This document shows, piece by piece, positions 1 through 7,148 of a stretch of 11,632 nt of DNA. Origin of the DNA: an uncultured Deinococcales bacterium (lineage in GTDB: Bacteria > Deinococcota > Deinococci > Deinococcales > JAAFIG01); the NCBI GenBank assembly GCA_964244895.1, contig CAXTKV010000173.1:1-11632 (forward strand), in the 5' to 3' direction. The translations under genes and the position numbers were made by a program. The notes below the pieces were generated by a model that was not told where the DNA came from, did not search any database, and was given only the letters and a program-made list of their open reading frames with translations. Position 1 is the stretch's first letter, and each line of letters opens with the position of its first letter.

Positions 1-30
1 TTGCGTAATTCACGTGAAATGGGCCACCGG

Positions 31-73
31 GGCTCTCCCGCAGTTCGCGTGCAACCCGCTTGAAATCACCCGT
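31..73 (+). repeat. ISL3 terminal inverted repeat at the transposase 3' end
   Basis: GGCTCTCCCGCAGTTCGCGTGCAACCCGCTTGAAATCACCCGT is the exact reverse complement of 1794-1836. Confidence 0.95.
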
Positions 74-1773
74 CAAGCCATTAGAACTCGAGCCCGTAAC
101 AAATCAAATTTCGCTCGACCAAAGCCAATCCGTTTGATCAACTTCAACCGAGTCACCTGGCCTTCCACCTGGCCGTTACTCCATTCCAAAGTCATGCTCG
201 CCAGCACCGCCGCCTGATCGTTCACCACGCCATCCGCAAACCGACGTACCTCCGCGATGCCACACGCTCGAGCCTCCACAATCCAAGCCTCAAGTGCAGT
301 CGCTGAACTCAGGCTTCGATCACGCAATAAACGAGCGAACCCCTGCACCATCGCATACAGCGTTTTTGCCTCTGGAACTTCACGTTCTAACTCGGCCAGT
401 CGTTCTGGCTCTCCAGATTCAAGTTTTTCCGGTTTTCGCACGAACATCCAGACACCCTCTCGAGGTGAGTACCGGGCCTGAGATTCGAAATTCAAGGTTG
501 CCGGATCAACGAACAGTCCGGCCCGCAACCGGGCGACCAGTGCGTAAACGGAACTCAACGATCCCTCGTAACCACGACCCAGTAATTCCCAGTACATCTG
601 TTTGGTCGCCACCTCTGGCACATCAATCCGCTGCTTGACGTACTCGAAATGTGGCAGCAACCATTTGCGTCCAGGGTTGACCCGTCGATTCGGGACGATG
701 CCTTTGACTCGCCAACGGTGCGGTAGTCCTCGAGTGAACCAATTGCCAATCGATGTTCTGGACTTCCCGAGTGTCCGGGCCACGCTTCGGGCACTGAATC
801 CCTGCTCGCGTAACTGAATGGCTTTCTCGAAAACCTCGAGTTTCTTGACACGATTTTCGGCGGCATTCTGGTACGCCTGCAAGTACGAGTTTTTTCTTGA
901 GGTTCGGTTTCGTCGAGGACCAATCGGTTTGGCTTGCTCGCGGTCAGCCTCGAGTTCAGTCACCGCGTCCGCAACCACGTCAGGCACGGCGTATGAAGCC
1001 ATCTGAATGTTGGTTACTGGATCTTTCAAGTGTTTCAAATGCCTGCGTAACCAGTTCTCAACCGCCTCAGCCAGGTTCCGCAAGAGATGCCAACGATCTG
1101 CGACCTGCACCGCGCTTGGCGCTCCATCGGTTGCTCCCTGTGCATAAATCTGTCCACGATCCCGACTGATGATTTCCACACCCGGATGCACTTTCAACCA
1201 GGCTGTGAACGAGGTGGAATCTCGATCCGCCAGCACATCAACAACTTGATGTTTCTCGAGATCCACGAGAATCGTGCCGAAAACTCGGCCACGCCGGAAC
1301 GAAAAGTCATCCACGCCGAGCACCCGTGGTGTGTCTGGCAGCGCGATTGGAAAGGCTCGCGTTAAACGCAGCAGCGTATCGGCGCTCGTACTGGCGTGCA
1401 ATTTTTGTAGGAGTCTTACTCCAGCCTCCGCACCAACGGCGAGACTGATTTGGAGTTGCACGTTTTGCAATCGATTGGTGCGACGTGCTCGAGTGGCAAT
1501 CAAATCCGGGAAGGTTTCAGCGAACGTAACTCGAGCGCAATCAGGATTTCGGCATCGGTAGCGGCGAACCCGTAAGTGCAGGGTCACGGATTTCTCGGCG
1601 ATGGCGAGATCATCGGGTGCTCGAGCGTACCGGCTGTGCAAACTTTGGCTGGGTTGACCGCAGGCTGGACAGGTTGCAGTTTGGCTGATGCTGCCCGCGT
1701 GAATGATCATATGCTCTGGTTGCTCGAGAATCGTTTCGATTTCGAGGGTGGCTGGGAGGAGACTGATTTCCAT
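73..1773 (-). CDS. ISL3-family DDE transposase
   Basis: N-terminal zinc finger (CPACG...HSRY...RRYRCRNPDC), VLGVDDFSFRRG, ISRDRG, QVADRWHLLRNL, and WSNGQVEGQVTRLKLIKR..FGRAKFDLLRARVL are all typical ISL3 motifs. Start is ATG at 1773, with an alternative TTG at 1779. Confidence 0.96.
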   Translation of the reverse strand: MEISLLPATLEIETILEQPEHMIIHAGSISQTATCPACGQPSQSLHSRYARAPDDLAIAEKSVTLHLRVRRYRCRNPDCARVTFAETFPDLIATRARRTNRLQNVQLQISLAVGAEAGVRLLQKLHASTSADTLLRLTRAFPIALPDTPRVLGVDDFSFRRGRVFGTILVDLEKHQVVDVLADRDSTSFTAWLKVHPGVEIISRDRGQIYAQGATDGAPSAVQVADRWHLLRNLAEAVENWLRRHLKHLKDPVTNIQMASYAVPDVVADAVTELEADREQAKPIGPRRNRTSRKNSYLQAYQNAAENRVKKLEVFEKAIQLREQGFSARSVARTLGKSRTSIGNWFTRGLPHRWRVKGIVPNRRVNPGRKWLLPHFEYVKQRIDVPEVATKQMYWELLGRGYEGSLSSVYALVARLRAGLFVDPATLNFESQARYSPREGVWMFVRKPEKLESGEPERLAELEREVPEAKTLYAMVQGFARLLRDRSLSSATALEAWIVEARACGIAEVRRFADGVVNDQAAVLASMTLEWSNGQVEGQVTRLKLIKRIGFGRAKFDLLRARVLMA

Positions 1774-1793
1774 CGCCAAGTTTGGGTGATTTA

Positions 1794-1836
1794 ACGGGTG
1801 ATTTCAAGCGGGTTGCACGCGAACTGCGGGAGAGCC
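1794..1836 (-). repeat. ISL3 terminal inverted repeat at the transposase 5' end
   Basis: ACGGGTGATTTCAAGCGGGTTGCACGCGAACTGCGGGAGAGCC, the reverse complement of 31-73. Confidence 0.95.
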
Positions 1837-1948
1837 GTTACCGGCCCAAATCAACGAAATACGCAACGATTGCCAGCGTTGTGCTCTCGCCATCTAACGG
1901 TCTTCAAAGCATTGAGGCAGACATCGTTTCATTCAGGGAGGTTGATGT

Positions 1949-2791
1949 GTGATCAAGCTCTTCGGCGACGTATCGGGACTGCGCAGGGACGTTCAAGTGG
2001 GCTCCGATAGGACACCGCTGGTGGTGGCCGTCCACGGCGGTTCGTACACATCGGCTTATTTTGACCTGCCAGGTCACTCTCTATTGGATCGTGCAGCCGT
2101 CAATCACATCCCAATCATCGCTCTTGATCGACCAGGCTATGGCAGCACGCCAATCCTTGCGACGGGCGAGTCCGGGATTTGGGGACAGGCGCGGTATCTT
2201 ACGCACGCATTGAAGGGAGTCTGGACGGACTATGGGGCGGGCACGCGCGGCATTGTTCTCATCGGTCACTCGATTGGCGGTGCCATCGCGGCAGCAATTG
2301 CAAGTGAACCCGACGGTCTTCCACTCCTGGGCGTGGCGGTGTCTGGGGTCGGTTTACGGACGCCAACCGAGCACGGTCCGATGTGGAATGCACTGCCAAA
2401 TCTTGCGCAAGTTGACTTGGCTGCCGAGATCAAGAATAACGTCATGTTCGGTCCAGAGGGGAGCTTTGATCCCGAGATGAAGGCGATGAGCCACCGTGCC
2501 GACGCACCAGCCGTGCGCGCGGAACTCATCGATATTGTTGGAGGCTGGCAGGATCGCGTCAACACGGTGCTCGCAAAGATCACGGTGCCCTTCCATTACC
2601 GTCAAGCCGATACGGACCACCTCTGGATCGTTGATGAGCACGAGGTTCAAGCATTTGCCCGTGCGCTGGCAAACTCGCCGCTCGTGGACGCAGCCATCGT
2701 GCCACATACGGGACACTGCATGGACCTTCACCACGTTGGCAGTGCATTACAGCTACAGCATCTCGGGTTTGCGATGCAGTGTGCCAGTTAG
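1949..2791 (+). CDS. Alpha/beta-fold hydrolase (esterase/thioesterase-like, substrate unknown)
   Basis: VAVHGG oxyanion loop, ALDRPGYG, GHSIGG nucleophile elbow, and a C-terminal His in HTGHCMD. SD GGAGG at 1937-1941 precedes the GTG start. Confidence 0.92.
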   Translation: MIKLFGDVSGLRRDVQVGSDRTPLVVAVHGGSYTSAYFDLPGHSLLDRAAVNHIPIIALDRPGYGSTPILATGESGIWGQARYLTHALKGVWTDYGAGTRGIVLIGHSIGGAIAAAIASEPDGLPLLGVAVSGVGLRTPTEHGPMWNALPNLAQVDLAAEIKNNVMFGPEGSFDPEMKAMSHRADAPAVRAELIDIVGGWQDRVNTVLAKITVPFHYRQADTDHLWIVDEHEVQAFARALANSPLVDAAIVPHTGHCMDLHHVGSALQLQHLGFAMQCAS

Positions 2792-2864
2792 AAGCTGGTT
2801 TGAAGGGAGGGCAGGGGGTATGGATCGAAGTGGTTCTGTCCAGATTTTGATACCGCTAGTTTAC

Positions 2865-3140
2865 TCAAGCAGCCTGCCGCAAGAGGCGCTCGAATGCCGC
2901 CATCCTCGTCACCGCCCGAGCCCGCCCAGCCAGATGATCCGCCACCCGCACCAAGTTCGAGGCCGAAGCCGTCGCCACATGCTGCAACCGCGTTTTCTCG
3001 AGACCCAAGTACCTCGAGCGTCTCACGACGAATGAGCGAACGCCGACAGATACGGTTCCCTCGATCCCAGCGCGCTTCACGTACAACGCCCTGAACTCGT
3101 CCGTTCTCTCGCGAGCCCGCGCCGCCTCGAGCGCCTCGAG
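2865..3140 (-). pseudogene. IS1182-family transposase C-terminal remnant
   Basis: Reads LEALEAARARERTDEFRALYVKRAGIEGTVSVGVRSFVVRRSRYLGLEKTRLQHVATASASNLVR, the typical IS1182 DDE C-terminus (Y..RAGIEGT...RRSRY.GL.KT.LQH). The N-terminal part is absent. A probable element end lies just past the stop, near 2849 (GATACCGCTAG). Confidence 0.82.
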
Positions 3141-3488
3141 CGGGGTTGCCTAGTCGTGATCCAGGCTCGGGATTTGGCCTTGCGGTTCGCAGGCAGTCTG
3201 CGCGATCGGCAACCGAAGGTACTTGTGCCCTGGCTGCTTGCGGCTCAAACCAGCGGGATTCCCGCGTTGAAGGAGTTCGCGGTGGGGCTCGAGCGTGAGA
3301 TCGCGGCGATCAAGGCGGCGTTCGCGCTGGAATGGTCGAACGGGCAGGTGGAGGGCGTGGTGAACTGGATCCAGCTCATCAAGCGGCAGATGTTCGGAAG
3401 ATCAGGGTTCGAACTTTTGAGACGGAGGGTGTTACTAGCCGCGTGGCGACCTCGTGCATCAAACTTCGGTCAGAGCCGGTTCGCTTGA
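3135..3488 (+). pseudogene. ISL3-family transposase C-terminal remnant with terminal inverted repeat ending at 3477
   Basis: WSNGQVEGVVNWIQLIKRQMFGRSGFELLRRRVLLAA aligns with the C-terminus of the intact ISL3 transposase. The expected stop after LLAA is TGG. TGCATCAAACTTCGGTCAGAGCC (3455-3477) resembles the ISL3 end TGCACGCGAACTGCGGGAGAGCC. Confidence 0.9.
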
Positions 3489-3684
3489 CGGCCCCGCGGA
3501 ACTCCGCCTCGAGTGCGTGGCGGTGCGCTCGGCCAACGCTCGCGTCCTCGAGGTCGCGCTCGCGCAACACGGCGTGAACCGGGGCGAGCCTGGCTCGAAC
3601 CTTATCCTGCGCCACGGCGGCGGTTGACTGGCGGGGCGCGGTCGGCGGTGCCGCAAGGGTGGCGGTGCCGTCTGGCACGTTCAA
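3478..3684 (-). pseudogene. Possible truncated fifth gene of the Ubl operon, function unknown
   Basis: TTG at 3684 overlaps the E1 stop (TTGA), with an alternative GTG at 3678. The frame stays open for 69 codons with coding-like usage until it meets the ISL3 end at 3477. No recognisable motif. Confidence 0.4.
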
Positions 3685-5219
3685 CCCATTCCCCAACGGC
3701 CCCGAAACGCCTTGACGAACAGTGGGTCGCCGCAACGGCAGGATCGCGACTTGCGGCGTGGCTCGCGATCAAGACGGATCAGGTCGAAGGCATCCGCGAC
3801 CAGCACGTTCGAAGGCGCTCGCAGCGGGGCGTTCGCGAAGTGCCTGGCTTTGACGAGCTCGGCCACCATGAGCACCCCTGGCAGGAATGAAACGAAACCG
3901 ACCGTCGGCGTTGGCAGGTCCGGGCGCACGATCGCCTCCGAGCAGGCCACGCGCCGCGCTTCGGCGAAGGGCTTGCCGATCAGTTGCGCTGTGCGCTCCT
4001 CGGCCAGCACAGCGCGCCCGCGCGTGTGCATCGCCTCGGCGACCTCCTCGTCGAACACCCTCCGGCCCGAGAGCAGCTCGAGGGCCACGTCCTCGCCGAC
4101 GCCGAACTGCCGGACGACGTCGGATAGATCTGAGGTCGGCTCTGCGGGCTCAGGGTACAAACAGGCCGCGCATGGTCCCTCCTCGAAGCGGTGTTTGGAG
4201 ACCATGAAACCGCTGCCGCTCGTCCCGCCGTTGATCAGCTCGCGCGGCAGGGCGAACTGGAGGGCACGCCGGGATGCGCCCGAATCCGAGCCGCACAGCG
4301 CGATCTCGAAGGGGTCGTCGCGGCGGGGCCAGTCCTCGAACCTCACCGCCGACGCATGCACCTTGAGCGTCGGCGCGAGTGTGTTGAGAACGCTGCCCAC
4401 CTGCTCGACCTTGAGGCGGTGGACGTCGGCGCGGGCCGAGACGAAATGTCGCTCGACGTTCGAGTCGGAGAGAACGTCCGGATCGATGAGGTGCAGGCAC
4501 CCCCTGGGTCGCGGCAGGAGCGCGAGCGCGTAGGCCACCGCCGCCCCAATCGCGCCGAGCCCGAGGATCGGGACTTCGCCCAGGTCGAGTCCGGGCAGAC
4601 TGGGGTTCTGGTCGCGACCGTCGGAGTAATCGAAGGCCGACAGCCACGCCCCATCGGGCGGCCCAGGAAGCGCGTCGGGCCTGGGCACGAGGGGCCGGAA
4701 CAGCTCGGCGGCGACGAGGGCCGCGCCCCAGCCCGCGGCGAGCAGCGGCCCAAGGGGGTTGGGATCGTCCGGAGCACCGACGGCGGGCTCGAGGCCGGCA
4801 TAGGCTCGCCAGCGGTCGCTGGCGAGATGGATGACCCGTCCAGCCTCCACCTCTGCCCCACCGATCGACAGCGCGACATCGTAACCGTCACGGCGCGCTA
4901 CCGTTCCGTACTCGCCCTTGAAGCCTACCGGTGCGAGCGCCGATAACGAGGCTCCGACCGCCTCTCCGAGCAGTCGGCCCGGCTCGACCAGCGGCAGCCC
5001 CTTGCGGGCGGGAACCGGCGGGGCGAGGACGTCGAGCTGGGGGCAATAGCGAAAAAGCCGGGCGAGGACGTTCGTGCTGGCGGCGAGCATCACCTGACCG
5101 GCGAGCGAGGTCGCCCAGGCCGCTGAGACGCCGACTGCCACCCGCATTCCGCCGGGGCGGCCCTGGGTGGCCCCGAGGCTCTCGGCGAAGAGGTAGTTGC
5201 GGGACGGTTCGTCGTTCAC
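3681..5219 (-). CDS. Ubiquitin-activating E1 / ThiF-family adenylyltransferase (type II BilD-like: degenerate N-terminal adenylation-like domain, active domain, Cys domain)
   Basis: GLGAIG Rossmann motif, DPDVLSDSNVERH, RLKVE, GSDSGASR, zinc ligands GPCAAC and C-terminal SCRC, and a candidate catalytic Cys in RVACSEA. About 210 extra N-terminal residues. GTG start overlaps the JAB stop (GTGA, 5216-5219). Confidence 0.92.
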   Translation of the reverse strand: MNDEPSRNYLFAESLGATQGRPGGMRVAVGVSAAWATSLAGQVMLAASTNVLARLFRYCPQLDVLAPPVPARKGLPLVEPGRLLGEAVGASLSALAPVGFKGEYGTVARRDGYDVALSIGGAEVEAGRVIHLASDRWRAYAGLEPAVGAPDDPNPLGPLLAAGWGAALVAAELFRPLVPRPDALPGPPDGAWLSAFDYSDGRDQNPSLPGLDLGEVPILGLGAIGAAVAYALALLPRPRGCLHLIDPDVLSDSNVERHFVSARADVHRLKVEQVGSVLNTLAPTLKVHASAVRFEDWPRRDDPFEIALCGSDSGASRRALQFALPRELINGGTSGSGFMVSKHRFEEGPCAACLYPEPAEPTSDLSDVVRQFGVGEDVALELLSGRRVFDEEVAEAMHTRGRAVLAEERTAQLIGKPFAEARRVACSEAIVRPDLPTPTVGFVSFLPGVLMVAELVKARHFANAPLRAPSNVLVADAFDLIRLDREPRRKSRSCRCGDPLFVKAFRGRWGMG

Positions 5220-5803
5220 GGTAGCGCATCCTTTGCCTGAATCTCGAGGCGATGCGCCCGAACTTCGAGGCGCGCTCGGCGCTCAGCCCGATCCCACTCG
5301 CGCCAGCCGCCGCCCGTCAGCTCGAACGCGGCCCACTCGTCGGGGCCGTAGTCGCGGTCGGCGTAGTTGGGCACCACGATCGAGAGGAAGCCGGGGTCTC
5401 CGCAGATCGCCCCGGCGTCGTCGGTCTCGGAGTGAAATGCGTCGCGGGGGTGGCTGTGTACCTGGGCCAGCAGGTACTCGCCGCGCTCGGCGACAGCCTG
5501 GTTGAGGCGCTCCAACACCCCCTCGTCGCTGATTTCGACCCAGCCGAAGTTGTTGCGCGTACGTGGCAGGTAGAGGGTGGTGACGAGGCCCACGCCCTCA
5601 GCGGAGACGAGGCCGCCCCAGAAGGCCCCCTGCTCGCGCCGCCGCCGGCCCGCCTCGCGCAGGTGGGCGAGCGTCTCGAGGTGAACGGTTTGCGGCAGCA
5701 CCAGGTGCTCAAGCCGCTCCGGTCTGCGCCGCACCGAAAGGACGCGCACGACCGGCTCGGGCTCCGGGGCGCGGCGGCGGGCGAGCCGCTGGCGCAGGCT
5801 CAT
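5216..5803 (-). CDS. JAB/JAMM (MPN+) metallo-isopeptidase, Ubl-processing/deubiquitinase (BilC-like)
   Basis: Catalytic Glu in REQGAFWGG and JAMM motif AQVHSHPRDAFHSETDD (HxH-x-S-xx-D). ATG at 5803 overlaps the E2 stop (ATGA, 5800-5803) and is preferred over the track's 5875 start. Confidence 0.92.
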   Translation of the reverse strand: MSLRQRLARRRAPEPEPVVRVLSVRRRPERLEHLVLPQTVHLETLAHLREAGRRRREQGAFWGGLVSAEGVGLVTTLYLPRTRNNFGWVEISDEGVLERLNQAVAERGEYLLAQVHSHPRDAFHSETDDAGAICGDPGFLSIVVPNYADRDYGPDEWAAFELTGGGWREWDRAERRARLEVRAHRLEIQAKDALP

Positions 5804-6258
5804 CGGTTGTACCCCGCGTACTCCGGCGCATTCAGGCCCACCGCCACGGCGGTCAGCGCGTGCTCGAGTTGCCACTCGTCCGGCGTCGGGCGCGGGTGTC
5901 CGTGCGTCTGCCAGGCGAGGAACGGCGGGGCGCAGACGAAGGGCGGCATGTTGCCCGAGCGGAAGATCGACTGCGTCCAGCCCTGCCCGTCGAAGCGCTG
6001 GTAGTCGCGCGGCCAGGCCAAAGGCGAGGGGGTTTCCGTACTGGGGTCGAGAAATTCCGCGTCGGGCGCGCGCTCCGGGTAGCCGGTGCAGTCGAGACGC
6101 AAAAGGTAGTGGTCGGACACCTCACTTCGTTCACGGGCCAGCATCCAGGCCAAGACCAGGTGGCCCCGGCGCTCGATCCGGCTGACCCGCAGGTGGCCTG
6201 GATCCGGAAGCTGGGCGAGGTCGCGCTCGATGAAGTCCTCGGACAGCACGGCAAGCAT
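5800..6258 (-). CDS. Bacterial E2-like ubiquitin-conjugating enzyme (BilB-like), copy a
   Basis: UBC-like YLLRLDCTGYPERAPDAEFLDP, WP motif, candidate catalytic Cys in PFVCAPPF, then HGH...W. It sits between Ubl and JAB. SD GGAGG lies 7 nt upstream. Confidence 0.85.
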   Translation of the reverse strand: MLAVLSEDFIERDLAQLPDPGHLRVSRIERRGHLVLAWMLARERSEVSDHYLLRLDCTGYPERAPDAEFLDPSTETPSPLAWPRDYQRFDGQGWTQSIFRSGNMPPFVCAPPFLAWQTHGHPRPTPDEWQLEHALTAVAVGLNAPEYAGYNR

Positions 6259-6262
6259 GGCG

Positions 6263-6568
6263 TTACCTCCAGCCAGCGGCGTACTGCTTCACCAGACGCA
6301 TCTCGAGTTTGCGGGGGCGGCTCGGCTCACGCTCGGCCACCGCGCCCACTGCGTCCTCGGGCCGCAGCACCTCGCCGCGGTACATCAGATCCCAGCGGTC
6401 GCCGGGCTGCTCGACCACCCCTGCCGCTTGGAGCACCTGACGGATGACGGCGGCGATCTTGGCGGCGGGCTCGACCTCGAGTTCGACCTTGCCGCCGCCC
6501 TGGACGTGCACCTCGAGGGTGTAGGTGGCGGGTCGGGGGGACGGCTTCGTGTGTCCTGCGGTATCCAT
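6263..6568 (-). CDS. Ubiquitin-like beta-grasp protein (single-domain, BilA-like) with C-terminal AAG-WR tail
   Basis: Ubiquitin-fold pattern YTLEVHVQGGGKVELEVEPAAKIAAVIRQVL...WDLMYRGEVLRPEDAV...LEMRLV, comparable to ubiquitin LEVEP and LIFAGKQL. Gly lies two residues from the end. First gene of the E2-JAB-E1 operon; SD GGAGG at 6575-6579 (minus strand). Confidence 0.87.
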   Translation of the reverse strand: MDTAGHTKPSPRPATYTLEVHVQGGGKVELEVEPAAKIAAVIRQVLQAAGVVEQPGDRWDLMYRGEVLRPEDAVGAVAEREPSRPRKLEMRLVKQYAAGWR

Positions 6569-6587
6569 AATCTACCTCCGGGTGTCA

Positions 6588-6693
6588 CTTGCCAGAAACG
6601 TCAAGAGAATTATACATTGAATTGCCATTCCCGTCAAGTATGAAGGGCCGTAGTGGCAATAGCCGTGGCAAAATTCCTTGCCGCTGCGGTAAG
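6588..6693. promoter_or_regulatory. Putative operator array for the XRE repressor
   Basis: TTGCCA-N4-CGTCAAG occurs twice (6589-6605 and 6622-6638, both pseudo-palindromic). Related palindrome CTTGCCGCTGCGGTAAG at 6677-6693, and GTGGCAA half-sites at 6653 and 6665. Confidence 0.65.
6609..6637 (-). promoter_or_regulatory. Sigma70-type promoter of the Ubl-E2-JAB-E1 operon
   Basis: Minus strand reads TTGACG (6637-6632), 17 bp, TATAAT (6614-6609), about 40 nt upstream of the Ubl ATG, in an AT-rich island. Confidence 0.85.
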
Positions 6694-6728
6694 GTGGAGT
6701 CGATCCAAGACGGATCAAGGAGGACACC

Positions 6729-7145
6729 ATGCCGCAGGCTCCGCCCCGCTCGACCGCCCCGCCGACCGCCCAAAGCGGCGAGAAAACCCCAGACCTGTAC
6801 ATGCAGATCGGTCAGCGCCTCAAGCGCGCCCGCGAGGCCAAACGCCTCAGCCAGGACGAACTGGGCGCCTTGGTGGGCGAGGGCGCGATCGCCATCTCGC
6901 GCTGGGAAACGGCCAGCCGGAAGCCCAACGTCGAGGACCTCGCCAAGTTGGCCGCAGCGCTCGACCAGAGCATCCTCTACTTCGTGGAGGAGGTCATCCC
7001 GCAGGATAATTTTGTCGCCCGACTCAACCGTCTCGCCGGAGAACTCGACGAGACCGACCGCGAGGATCTGCTGGCCCTCGCCCGGTTCAAACACCAGCGC
7101 TACGTAGAGCGCCGACTCCAGGCCGAAGAGGAAAAGAAGGTTTGA
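6729..7145 (+). CDS. XRE/Cro-family HTH transcriptional repressor (ImmR/CapH/DdrO-like role)
   Basis: IGQRLKRAREAKRLSQDELGALVG...AISRWETASRKPNVEDLAKLAAALD, followed by a C-terminal helical segment (LDETDREDLLALARF). SD AGGAGG at 6718-6723. Confidence 0.95.
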   Translation: MPQAPPRSTAPPTAQSGEKTPDLYMQIGQRLKRAREAKRLSQDELGALVGEGAIAISRWETASRKPNVEDLAKLAAALDQSILYFVEEVIPQDNFVARLNRLAGELDETDREDLLALARFKHQRYVERRLQAEEEKKV

Positions 7146-7148
7146 GCC

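Larger units (their letters stand above)
31..1836 (-). mobile_element. Complete ISL3-family insertion sequence (1806 bp)
   Basis: Perfect 43-bp terminal inverted repeats beginning GGCTCT (31-73 and 1794-1836) enclose one transposase ORF. Flanking 8-mers GCCACCGG (23-30) and GTTACCGG (1837-1844) match at 6/8; ISL3 typically makes 8-bp target duplications. Confidence 0.93.

Noticed and set aside
5804..5875. N-terminal extension of the JAB ORF to 5875
   Set aside because: It lies inside the E2 coding region; ATG at 5803 gives a canonical ATGA overlap.
3712..6447. Long plus-strand ORFs opposite the Ubl operon (3712-4533, 4191-4946, 5252-6004, 5860-6447)
   Set aside because: Antisense shadows of high-GC genes with no motifs; the minus-strand frames carry the recognisable domains and coupled starts and stops.
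3681..6568. Interpretation as ThiS/ThiF, MoaD/MoeB or CysO/Mec sulfur-transfer genes, or as CBASS Cap2/Cap3
   Set aside because: A dedicated E2 is present, no cofactor or cysteine biosynthesis genes are nearby, and there is no cyclase (CD-NTase) or E2-E1 fusion in the window.
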